This document shows, piece by piece, positions 25,886 through 36,925 of a DNA stretch of 64,000 nucleotides. Origin of the DNA: Podarcis filfolensis (Eukaryota). The position numbers and the translations under genes were made by a program. The stretch's first letter is position 1. Each line of letters begins with the position of its first letter. The notes under the pieces are model-generated. The model was not told the DNA's origin. It saw only the letters and a program-made list of their open reading frames with translations, and ran no database searches. The DNA lies in NCBI GenBank assembly GCA_964270895.1, contig OZ185441.1. One strand, 5' to 3'.

Positions 25886-26326
25886 TGCTTACAGTTCTAA
25901 CTGCACAGCCAAAAGACATGAGATGCAGTCTCAAAAGAGCATGTCTTTTTTTCCTCTGGAATACCCCTGCACAGACAGTAAGAGGATAGATTTGCTGCCT
26001 ATGCAGCCCTCACTCAGTCTGCAGTCGTCTTATTGGGTGGGGTGGGTGGGGGAACTGGTGTTGCCAGGAGTGATGGGAGACTAATCAGGTGAAACTTTCA
26101 TGAGCATTGTACAATACAGCAGGACTGGGGAAACTTACTTTTTTTTTTTCTTAGCCCAAGGGACACATTTTCTTCTGGGCCACCTTCCAGGATGGGTGGA
26201 GCCAGAAGCAAAAAGAGCAGAGCAATGAATGTGAATGTTATTTTTGAACAGCAGGCTAATTTATCCATACTCACACATCCTTCTCTATCCTCCACCAAGG
26301 CAAACAGGAAGCATTATTGGAGTTCA

Positions 26327-26362
26327 ATGACATATTGGAGTTCAATGACATATTCTCACCAG
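26327..26362. repeat. Short tandem duplication (attggagttcaatgacat x2)
   Basis: Direct reading. Confidence 0.85.
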
Positions 26363-27324
26363 GCAAAAACACTGAATGAAGGTGCAAAGCAGGGGGGATG
26401 GAAAATGTGGCTCAGGAGGATGTGTGGTCTGGAGAGAATACCAGGTCAAAGTGCTGCCTTTGGCCCCTTTGCCTGAGGTTCCCTATAAATGTACTGTCAT
26501 GAAATAAGTACAGTGGATGATTTATCCTTGTAACCAATGCTTTAGTGGGCTAAAGTAGAAAGAATAAAGATCCTTTCAAACAGACGGTTTTTCAAATGAT
26601 AATTAATCCGATCCAATCCCCAAACCAGGTATGTTGTCAGGTATGTTTTAATTAGAATATTTGGCCTTGGGAAATGCGTAAATGAGTCCAGATTTAGAAT
26701 AGTAATTTTATTTTATCATTTTTTGTAAATACCAAAATAATGGAATATATGTCTTGGAGCGAACAGTCACGCCGTTTCATTGCTTAAGATTTTTTATTAC
26801 CATCTCCCTACATCCATCTAAATAGTATTTTTCCTTTGTGGCATTAACAACTACTTGCTGAGAAGGGGAAAACAGGAAAGTGTTCAGTTTAATTAGTTTG
26901 CTCATTTAAAAATCTCAAACTCATGCCCTGAGAAAATGCCATGATAGTTTGTCCCCACAGTGGAATATTCTCTTGTTTTCCACACCTATCTTCTTCTATT
27001 CCACTGACTGAAATTTTTTCAAGCTGTTGCTTCTGTGAGAGCATTGGCAGAGTGCTACAGTCATTTATGATTTCAGCTGCATTTTCCAGGCTGGACACAA
27101 TGGCAGGGAGTTACAAGCGCTCACATAAATCAGATTATAGCCTATCAGTGAATCTGTGATGTGGACATCAATATTTGGTGTGGGTGATGGACTCATTGAA
27201 AAGGTAGCCTGACTCCGTCATAAAACTGACAGGGGACAAGCCTCCAAGCAGAAGAATATGTGAAGTGTTTAATCCCCCCCTCCATTCTTTTACAGATCAT
27301 GGGGATAGTTTACTGTAATGTCTA

Positions 27325-27588
27325 GTAAGAATGTAAGAATATAAGGAGAGCCTGCTGAATTAGGCCAATGGCCCATCTAGTCCAGCATCCTGTTGTCACA
27401 GTGGAGGTAGATCATAGCCATCATGACCAGTAGCTGTGGATAGCCGTATCCTCCAAGAATTTGTCTAATCCTCTTTTAAAGCCATCCAAGTTGGTGGCCA
27501 TCACTGCCTCCTGTGGGAGTGCATGCCATATTTTCACTATGTGCTGTATGAAGTTCCTTCTTTTATCTGCCCTGAATCTGCCAACAGA
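27325..27588 (-). mobile_element. CR1 LINE 3' end
   Basis: Terminal gtaagaatgtaagaat repeat, then ggcccatctagtccagcatcctg and ttgtctaatcctcttttaaagccatccaagttggtggccatcac. Confidence 0.8.
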
Positions 27589-27684
27589 TTATTTTATCAT
27601 AACCAAGGAAGTAAGTTCACAGCAGGCTTGAATGAAGAGAGAAACTGTCCTGCTGCAGTGGGTCCCCCCTGCCACCACAGCCAT

Positions 27685-27790
27685 ACCAGCCTTCCCCCAA
27701 ACTGGTGGCCTTTAAATATTTTGGACTACAACTCCTGTCTGGGGCTGATGGGAAATGGAGTTCAACTGCATCTGAAGAGCACCTGATCCA
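27685..27790. mobile_element. Degenerate hAT MITE
   Basis: cagccttcccccaaactggtg...ttttggactacaactcc is related to the internal sequence of 2648-2750 and 49247-49382. Confidence 0.55.
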
Positions 27791-28154
27791 TGAAGGCTTA
27801 TAAGCACAGTGAACAATGCACCTTCTCAATACTGACTGGGAGAAAGCCATCATCAGTGTGCTAATGACCCAAGAATCATACTAGAAAAGGGAGATCAGTT
27901 TTGTATGCCATACAATGACAGGACTCAGCTGGGTAATACAAATACATAATGTTGTGCTGTATCTGCATTGACAGCTATGATTCAACACAGGGTTTTCTTT
28001 TTCTCTCTCTCCTTTTTTGTTTAGTGTCAAACAGTTCTGTTTTATACCATCTACTTTATAGAACATACTGTTATGAGTTGGGGGAGAAACATGAGTCTGA
28101 CTCATTATGCACTGACACCAAAGATAAACGAATGAACCCCACTATAAACACACT

Positions 28155-28288
28155 GGGATAGATCAGCTGGTAGAGTATCAGACTCAATCTCAGTCATGGG
28201 TTTGAGCCCCACATTGGGGGGGAAAAAATCCTGCATTGCAGGATGTTGGACTAGATGACCCTTGTGGTCCCTTCCAACTCTATGATTC
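28155..28288 (+). mobile_element. SINE with tRNA-like head and CR1-derived tail
   Basis: Head gggatagatcagctggtagag...gggtttgagccccac carries A/B-box-like motifs. Tail ttggactagatgacccttgtggtcccttccaactctatgattc is a CR1 3' end. Confidence 0.82.
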
Positions 28289-29757
28289 ATAAATCTTATG
28301 AAACTCTATGAATATTAGCCAACAAAGAAAGTTTCCCATGGAATATGTACCCAAAGGTACAAAAAAGCTTACAGCTGACTGTGACATGCAATTTCTCTCT
28401 TGGCTGTTCCACTTCAGAATGCATGTAAGCGTTCTTTGTTTGAAAGCATCACACCCACATTGCCCTGCCTATGCTTTCACATTTGGTTTCAGACCTAGCC
28501 TCTTGTCTTAATGCTCTCAGGGATATTTTTTGCCCTATTCTGCATGTGACGAGTGCAGTACTGGTTCAGTGGTGATGGTATGACAGTGCTCACCTGATTT
28601 TCTGTCTCCCATGTCACTCCTGCTTACCAGAAGGTAGAGGAGAAGAGGTGATGCAGTGCTAAGGTTGGTGCATGGCAAACATACATGCAAGTGTGCTGGA
28701 CTGGCTCTTCTGATATGCTTGCACTGCATCAGCCTTGCCACCATCTCACCCTCTACCTCTTGTAAGCAGCAACAACATGGGCACTGCGAACATTGCCATT
28801 CCATCAGTTTCTTTTGGACAAAGGCAATGTGGCTGCCTCTTACAGGACCCAGTAAAATTGTAGTGGCTCCTTACAAAAGGGTGAGCTATATTTCTGTGTA
28901 AGGGAACAATACTGGGTTTTATGCAACTCAGACCTACTCAGTGTAGACTTACTGAATTTAACAAGTAAATAAAAAGTCATGTTTATTAACTTCAAAGGAT
29001 CTGCTTTGAGTAGGAATGGCATTGAATATCACCCACCATTTATGTAGCAAACCTAAAATTCAACCACTGGCATAACTAGTTAAGGAATCTCATAAAAGTG
29101 AATGAAAAGACCTGCATTTGAGACAAGCCTGATTGCCTGCCAGATGAGACAAGCCCTGTTCTAGATTAACAACTGGTCTGACTCAATATAAGGCAGTTCA
29201 TTGTATCTTATGATTCAAGTATCCCACAGCCATATCCTTCATATAATATTGACTCCTTATTTGTTACTTTTAAAAATATAGGTAGCTTGTCTGACATTTT
29301 CCTAACATGATATCTTTCTATCTCTGAGTATAAAACCCATGAGCATAATCTGGATATGTGGCAGTAAACCAGTACATTGAAACTGCGTGAAGCTTAAAGT
29401 AAGGAAATGTTTATTTAATGCTACACAGCCAGGGCACTTTCATAGTTACAGTCACGGGCCAATACAGGAGCCGTTGCAGGTAACCATATATTTATGGTGA
29501 CCAATCAGTCAGATTCATAAAGAGTAAAAAAAACCACCCTTCTTCCAGTTCACTAAAATGCATCAATTTTCTAAAAATATCACCACAAGTGAAGTTGATC
29601 TTTCAGTGACATTGACAGAAAATCAACATAGCATGAGAGCATATGACTGTGCTGATAATACTGTGTAATAATAAATCCTTTAATAAACCTGAAGACTATT
29701 TCAGTGAAGAATAAGAGAGCAAATAGAATAAGAGGGTGAAAAGAAAGGCTGATGAAA

Positions 29758-29860
29758 GCTAGTGTGATATAGTGGTTAAAGCACTGGACTAGTTCCTTGG
29801 AGACAAGAGTTCAAATTGCCACTGAGCCATGAAGGTAGCTCATTGACCTTGGGGAGATAT
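29758..29860 (+). mobile_element. tRNA-derived SINE 5' fragment
   Basis: gctagtgtgatatagtggttaaagcactggact...gagttcaaattgcc has A- and B-box-like motifs. Confidence 0.55.
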
Positions 29861-30471
29861 ATAGTTCAAAAGTAAAAATAAAATAAAAAGGTGTATGCGT
29901 CGAAGTGAAGATAAGAAGAAACACAATAACGTTACTCAAACTGTGGCATCTAAGTTGCTACAAAGGCAAGCAATTCTACCCTCAAAGTGAATTGTAAACT
30001 GCTCACAGCATGTTACAGGGCATGCCATCCAAATATGGGGTAAATAGTCTGCAGAGAACGCAGAACAACCATGTTGGCTGGCTCCTCAAGGATGAGATGG
30101 ATATAGCTGCCTTCATCATCATGTGGTAGGCATGATTGGTTCTAGCATGTGGTTCAAACACATGTTTGGTCAGCTTCAGAACCTGATTTCTGCCACCTGC
30201 ACTCTAGTCCTCATCCAGTCTGTTTCATCAGCCACTGCTTCTCAGAATACCGGAGAGCAATGCAATCACCACAGCACTGGATGCAATCCTTGGGAATAAT
30301 TGTATTGATGGTCACACTCATCTCTCTCTTTCATAGCAAAATAAGAGCCTTGGCAGGATCATATGCTCTGTCCACTGGGGGGGGGGGGAACCCTACAGGC
30401 ATAATAAATGTATCAGAGTTCATCAGCCTCTGAGGACAGACTACCCAGCCTGGTTTTCCATTCTTGCAAGC

Positions 30472-31218
30472 TATTATGACCTCAGAGTCCAGAAGTAGTC
30501 AAGACTCCGAGTCAGAGGCTGCAGACTTTCCAGCTAAAGAGTCAGATCACGTACAGGACTGCTGGAGATCAAGAAATAACTGAGACTGATGAGCATAAGC
30601 TCCCAGAATAATTTTCTCAGACCCCCACAGGTACCTTTCCTTGAACCTGAGGAACCAAATACAGTCGTACCTTGGAAGTTGAACGGAATCCATTCCGGAG
30701 GTCTGTTTGACTTCCAAAATGTTCAGAAACCAAAGCACAGCTTCTGATTGGCTGCAGGAAGCTCCTGCAGCCAATTGGAAGCTGGGAAGCCCCATCAGAC
30801 ATTCGGCTTCCAAAAATAGTTCTCAAACCTGAACAGTCACTTCCAGGAATGTGTCGTTTGGGAGGCAAAACATTTGAGAACGAAGCTATTCGAAAACCAA
30901 GGTACGACTGTACCTCCCCTGGGATCTCACCAGCCCAGCAGTGAAGGGAGCACACCACATGGGAGGCTAGGGAATAGAGGAGCAGTGCCTGTCTTCAGGC
31001 TGGGAGATTGTCTCTTTAAGAACCTAGAGTTAGTCACAAGAGGGTTGAGCATGTGAAAGGTAGTATGAGAATAGGAGTATAAAAAATTCAACCTGCTCTC
31101 AACCTTTGCTGGTGCGATTGGCTTACTTGGAGCTATCCATGGTCCTGCAAGCTCTTTGTTTGGCCTGACCTCTGTGGGATCTATCACTGGAGATCCATCA
31201 CTGGAGCAGAACACAACA
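30472..31218 (+). mobile_element. Possible solo LTR (Gypsy-type) interrupted by a MITE
   Basis: GC-richer non-coding block. Starts tattatg (decayed TG?), has a TATA-like gtataaaaa at about 31077 and ends ...cacaaca. No TSD found. Confidence 0.3.
30662..30910. mobile_element. Tc1/mariner MITE
   Basis: TA | cagtcgtaccttgg ... ccaaggtacgactg | TA, perfect 14-bp TIR. Confidence 0.92.
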
Positions 31219-33209
31219 CTGCTGGAAAGAGCCACTGTCAGACCAAACTTTACAAAGTACCAGTTAAGAAGCGCTGACAGAGAGACAGACTATTCTCATT
31301 TTTTTCTTCATTATTACCCTCACCTATTACAAAATTTAACAGGAGTAGAAAGTAAATGGTTTATTTCATAAAATCGATGCACTGCTTGATTGTAAAGAAA
31401 CCTCAAAGCAGTTTACGTGTACGTGTATGTGTCACATGACATTGCACTGTGCCACATAGGCATGGTGATCCTTGGATTAAACTCTGCATGTTTTACTGCT
31501 GAATCGGGGTCTTAGAATTGGTTCTTAAATGCTCTAAAAATGTACGTGTAAGAAAATCTACTGGGGAACATAAAGTGGGATGCTAATTTTTTTAAAGTAT
31601 CAAACTGCATTCCATTTTGTATTCCAAAGACATTTGGCACAGCAATCAGTCCCACTTTATATACATCCCTCTTTTTCTAATAGAAAAGTGTCAGTTTTTA
31701 ATACCTGTACAAGGCAAATATGTCAGGTGCAGTTATCACTTCATGTGGTGAACTAACAAGAAGGTTACAATGTGAAATGGCAATTGTTGGTTTTAAAACA
31801 AAAATACAATATTGGAGTCATCTACAATTCCTGGCACGGAGGAGATAAATTCTCCTAAGGAAAATGTTGTATTCTTTAATGTTTGATCTCTTTTTCTTAA
31901 GACTTTGTATAAAACATGCAGAATTGGATATGCAAAGTCAAGGATAAATCCATAACTAATTAGATTTGCTGGAAATTTATGTGCAGATGGAAGAAAAGAG
32001 AAAACATCAGCACAGAGGTGATCCTCACCAAAAATACATTCAGCATTACAGCCTCACCTTGCATGCCAATGAGCATATATATTTATGTTGCAAATCAGAG
32101 TAAAACTTCAAAGTTTGTTTGGTCTGGTTTGAATCTCACAATAAGCCAATCTATGACTTCTCACTCAGACCATTTCTGGGGAAGAGTTCACACCACTTTG
32201 CTCCTGCCCTGTTCTTAGCACAGTGTGGCAACTAAGACAAAGTTTGGCTTAGTGTGCTGTCCCAACATGGAATTGTGGTTAAACTGTGACCTCATCAACC
32301 ACAATCTGTAGTTAAGAATAAGGCTTGGCTACAGATAAAGATAAAGGAGGAGAGAGCTTAACCACACTTGTAGATTAGGACAACATATTAAGCAAAACCT
32401 TGGCCTATCTGTGGCACTAAATAAGTTTTACTCAAACTCATTGAAATGAATGAATCTAAGTTGGTCATGTTTATTACTTTCAATGGGTCCACTCTGAGTT
32501 GGACTAGCCTTGGATACAACCCATGGTTAGTGTGGAAAGAGCTTAACCATAAACTCAAGTTCCAATGACATGCCAAGCAAACCTTGGGCTTAGCAGCAAC
32601 AACAGCAAACAAACAAACAAACAAAAACACAGAAAGGAGCAAAGCAACTGCAAGCTCCTCTCTGGCAGCCAGTGTGGTATCACTTTGCCATGGTTTGGCT
32701 TACCATCTTGTATGAACTAGGCCTATATTTCTAATGGCATTTGCTTACCCTCACCATTAATTTCTTATAGGGAATTTATGTGTTCTCACATCTGATGTAA
32801 ATGTTTATATATGCTTTTCTTCTGGCCTGTCTGCATGATCTTTTTGTGGATTAGGTGTGCTCTAATGCCCTAAAGCCATCAGCGGTTTTTTAGGAAAAGC
32901 TTTCCCAATAATTTCAGTGAGCACCTGAGCAGCAAAAATGAAAGGAATACAGCTCCTTCCTCTGCAAGATGCTCTGCTGTAAGAAGATGAAAGCAGAGCA
33001 GCCAATATCTCACCAGAGAGATGCATGTGTTCCTTGCAAATATACAAAAAGTGCCCATACATTTTTCAATCACATGCAAGCTATTTCCAGGATGCATCTT
33101 GAAGTCTGAGTCTTTGAATAGCTGTAGGGCAGGGATTTTATTTTAGTGGTGCATTAACATTATTTGCACTCTTGTACTAGGATTGCTGATCTCTTTTTAC
33201 CTTTCACAC

Positions 33210-33410
33210 NNNNNNNNNNNNNNNNNNNNNNNNNNNNNNNNNNNNNNNNNNNNNNNNNNNNNNNNNNNNNNNNNNNNNNNNNNNNNNNNNNNNNNNNNNN
33301 NNNNNNNNNNNNNNNNNNNNNNNNNNNNNNNNNNNNNNNNNNNNNNNNNNNNNNNNNNNNNNNNNNNNNNNNNNNNNNNNNNNNNNNNNNNNNNNNNNNN
33401 NNNNNNNNNN
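33210..33410. other. Assembly gap (201 N)
   Basis: Direct reading. Confidence 0.99.
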
Positions 33411-33659
33411 GTCTATGAAGGAAATTTACTAAGATTTAAATAAGTGCCTGTGTTGCCATCAGAAATCTCTCTGTGTGCCTCTTATCATGTGTGTTAAGGT
33501 TATGTGACTGTGTGTTTGCTAGACTGCATCTACTATTGGAATGTGGTTCTCAACAGCAAGACAGTCTGCTGGAAATGCAGCCTTCAGCCTGAAAAAGGTT
33601 CCCTACTCCTAAAGAGATGCATCAGGACAATTACATATTTTAAACAACCACAAATCAAT

Positions 33660-34420
33660 AGCTGCCACTGAATAAATCAGGCATCATAAGATTTAGCTTT
33701 AAAGATCTCGGCTAAATACGCTGAAACAATCTTGGTAGTTCCGAGAATATCATCCCTCAACAAATGTTGGATTACAGACCCTTTGTAAATTGATATTTTA
33801 AGCCATAAGGGAGTCACTAGGAGATCTCTGTGAAGGGTGTTGAGAAGAGGCCAATCCAAAATTATGTGATGTATTGTATCTGGTGGTTTCTTATTACAGG
33901 AGCAAAATCTGTTCTGGAAGGGGATTTTTTTGAATCCTTCCAAACAAAACAGATGAGGGGAATGCATTTAGACGAGCTAGCGTAAAAGCATTGCGATGTG
34001 ATGTACTATCTAAATTATTAAAGTAATCAAGCATTACTCGATGATGGGGCTGCAATCCTAAGTAAGCAGATGAACACACAAAAGGCTGGGAGGGGTAGAG
34101 TTTTTGGATTTCATGATCTAGCAGTCTCTGCTTGATGAGAGAGAAGATTTGTGTCTCATCTGATAGAAGGGAATCTATTGCAATCCCTATTTGCCTGAGT
34201 TTGAGGGTAATATTGGAAAACCATGGAAAATTATGTGTATCTCTCAATAAAGAAGTTAGTAAACTATTCAGGTCTGTATAAAATTGAATTTTTAGCCAGT
34301 ATTTGAAAGTCATAATCCAACCCCTAGATTCTAAGAGATGCTAGCCTAACTCTGAACACATAGCCACACAGGATAGAACAAGTTAATAGCCTTGTTACAA
34401 AAACATCAAGAAAGGAAGTT
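33660..34420 (-). mobile_element. 5'-truncated non-LTR retrotransposon ORF2 C-terminus, RTE-X-like, with a CCHC remnant
   Basis: Minus ORFs 33894-34313 and 33677-33967 join via a 1-nt frameshift near 33936: FKYWLK...IKQRLLD...RNAFTLARLNAFPSSVLFGR/FKKIPFQNRFCSC...DTIHHIILDWP. Confidence 0.8.
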
Positions 34421-35803
34421 AGACTTGCATGATTGAGAAAAATTATCCAGTGCCCTGAGATCTCATTGCTCACAAAGCTTCCTCTCCCTACCAGCTTGTT
34501 CTCTGTTTTAAAGGCCTCATCAAAGTCCTTACTACTTGTAAGAACATTTCTAGAGACTACCACAAAAATTTACACACATAGTTTAACATGAAGCTAAAGT
34601 TGGTTCCGGTTGGAAATATTATCTTTGTGAATTCATGTATTAAAATAAATGATCTGCCCCTCTCAGACCAATGTGAGCAAACTGGATCTGAGCCAGTCAC
34701 CAGGCTGGACCTTCACAGTTAAACTGAGATGTGTACATTTGAGAGAACCATTGTGCATGCATGCATGGCAGCACATGCACGGATAACAGGTTCATGAATA
34801 GGAGTCTATTGGGGCAAAAAACCCAGCAGGGTCATACACATCCTTACCTGTTCTCTTGTGTGTACTGCAATGTGCAAATGTGACTTGAAATGTAGAGGAG
34901 GCCTAACTTGTGTATTCATAGCCTAAAAATAGTAAGCACTAACAGATATGAAAGAGACTCTGTTTCCACAGGAATGACATCTGGGAGAATCATTGATTAT
35001 TGCTTTCATGACAAAGGCCAGTGGTTTTAAGTCATTTCATAGAGGCTTTGACAGTTACTGACAATATAATTTATACCATGTGAGTTGCCATTTTTAGACT
35101 CAGGCCCCTTTTTAGTTACCATCTTCAAAACGATGACTTATCTTGTAAAAGGCAAATTGCATTTTCAAGTGGTTTGAAGGTAATGACTCAGTTTGTGACT
35201 CACTTCTCTATTGTGACAAGCTGCATTTCAAAACAAAACAAGAACACTGCCAAGTTATAACCTTCACATGTAGCCATCTTCAGTTTTTATCCCTGCAATA
35301 CCCCTCTCCTGAAATCGTGCTGACTTCAGGAGTTAAAAATTAGTTAGAGAGTCTTATAAAAGGAAAAGAAAAGAGTGAGGTGACAACTGGAAGTTTGCTT
35401 TCCAGGTATTGCACAGTAGAGAACAGGCTTGACAAAGGGGGCGGGTATTTGACTATTGGTGGGCCTGTTTCAGTAATAAGAGGAAGATCACACAATAACT
35501 GAAGGCTGTTTATGGCCTATTGATCAATGACCATGTTGCCTTCATTGAATGAGGAAGTGGAGGAGATTAGGAAGTCCAAAAGGAAGTCAAAGAGTTCCCA
35601 GATCAACATATAGATAAAGGGTTAGGACACTCCCTCTTCCCTTTGAGACTGTCAGTGAGACCTGGTAGTGCAGTGTAGACTCCTTCCTTCCCTTGCCAAG
35701 TTACCTTTCCAGACAAAATGGAGACTTTGGAGACATGGTGATAGCAGAGAATCAACAATGTAGGTGGAATGGTGCTCTCTGGCAGCACCACAGAAAGAAA
35801 ATA

Positions 35804-35991
35804 CAGTGGTACCTTGGTTATCGAACTTAATCCGTTTGACTCCTGAAACTGTTTGAGGCATGGCTTCCGATTGGCTGCAGAAGCTTCCTGCACTTAATAG
35901 TTTGCAAACTGGAGCACTCACTTCTGGGTTTGCGGGGTTTGGGAGCTGATTTGTTTGGGAGCCAAGCCGTTCGAGTACCAAGGTACCACTG
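35804..35991. mobile_element. Tc1/mariner MITE
   Basis: TA | cagtggtaccttggt ... accaaggtaccactg | TA. Internal ttccgattggctgcag is shared with 30662-30910. Confidence 0.92.
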
Positions 35992-36492
35992 TATGTAGAA
36001 AGAAGTGAGGCCCTGCAGCAAAATGTTTTACTCTGCAGTGCTGCTGATCAGGATACCAGCCACTCTATTCCATTCTCTTTCTCCTCTCTACCTTATTCCC
36101 CCCCCTTAACAATCAGACAGAAATCAGCGCTCACTGAGCATGATCAATTCCTCACTAAGCTGCTTTGAGCTAAAGTGTCATAGCTACATCATATGTCATC
36201 TGAGCATAGGTTATCATAGTTGTACCTTCCCACAAAATCTCCTCAGTCAAACCTTTCCTCTGCTATTCTGGTAACAACAGTTGAGGGAGGGGGAAAACAA
36301 TCACAATCTCTAATGGAAAGTCTGACCATAAATCTGTAAATTGCCAGAGGACTAATTTCTTAGCTGCAGCAGATTAAGCCATAACTGCTGTCTTCTTTTT
36401 TAAGTAATCAACATCCTTTTCATACATTGCCACAATAATCCAAAAGAAAACAGCAACCTTGTTAAGCTAGACAGCATTATGATTTCTGTTTT

Positions 36493-36925
36493 AGGGTCAT
36501 TCCATATGAAGTGATCCAACATTTTTAACTCATGTCAAACAATTATCTTAATATGTTGTGCACTTGTTGAATGATCAAAACTAAGTTAAAATCTAAAATT
36601 TTAATTTTTCATCTTATCCTGTTTTTGAGTTATGAGGGTTTGAAATTTCAAAAAAATGACAATTTTGTCCTTGCCAGATTACACAAAAAGCTTTAAAGCT
36701 CAGTCTAGGATTGAGATACATCAAAGCTAAAAACACCAAACTCTTCAGAACTAATATGATATATCACATGATTAAATTTAAGTTACAAAATTTAATTTTT
36801 TAAAAAGTGATTAGAAAGATTAATATGAATAAAAATCCCATAAAAATTGTATTGATTACTTAATATTTCTAAGAGCTACCTGCAAAATTTCAGCTTGCCA
36901 TCTCAATGGGATCACATTTTTTAAA
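36493..36925. mobile_element. Unclassified AT-rich DNA-transposon-like relic
   Basis: Starts agggtcattccatatgaagtgatccaa and contains ttttgagttatgaggg and gcaaaatttcagctt motifs. The matching right TIR is not found. Confidence 0.4.

Noticed and set aside
28155-28225. tRNA-like sequence
   Set aside because: Decayed SINE head fused to a CR1 tail, not a functional tRNA gene.
33164-33443. Two ORFs of 84-86 aa
   Set aside because: Artefacts of translating the N gap.
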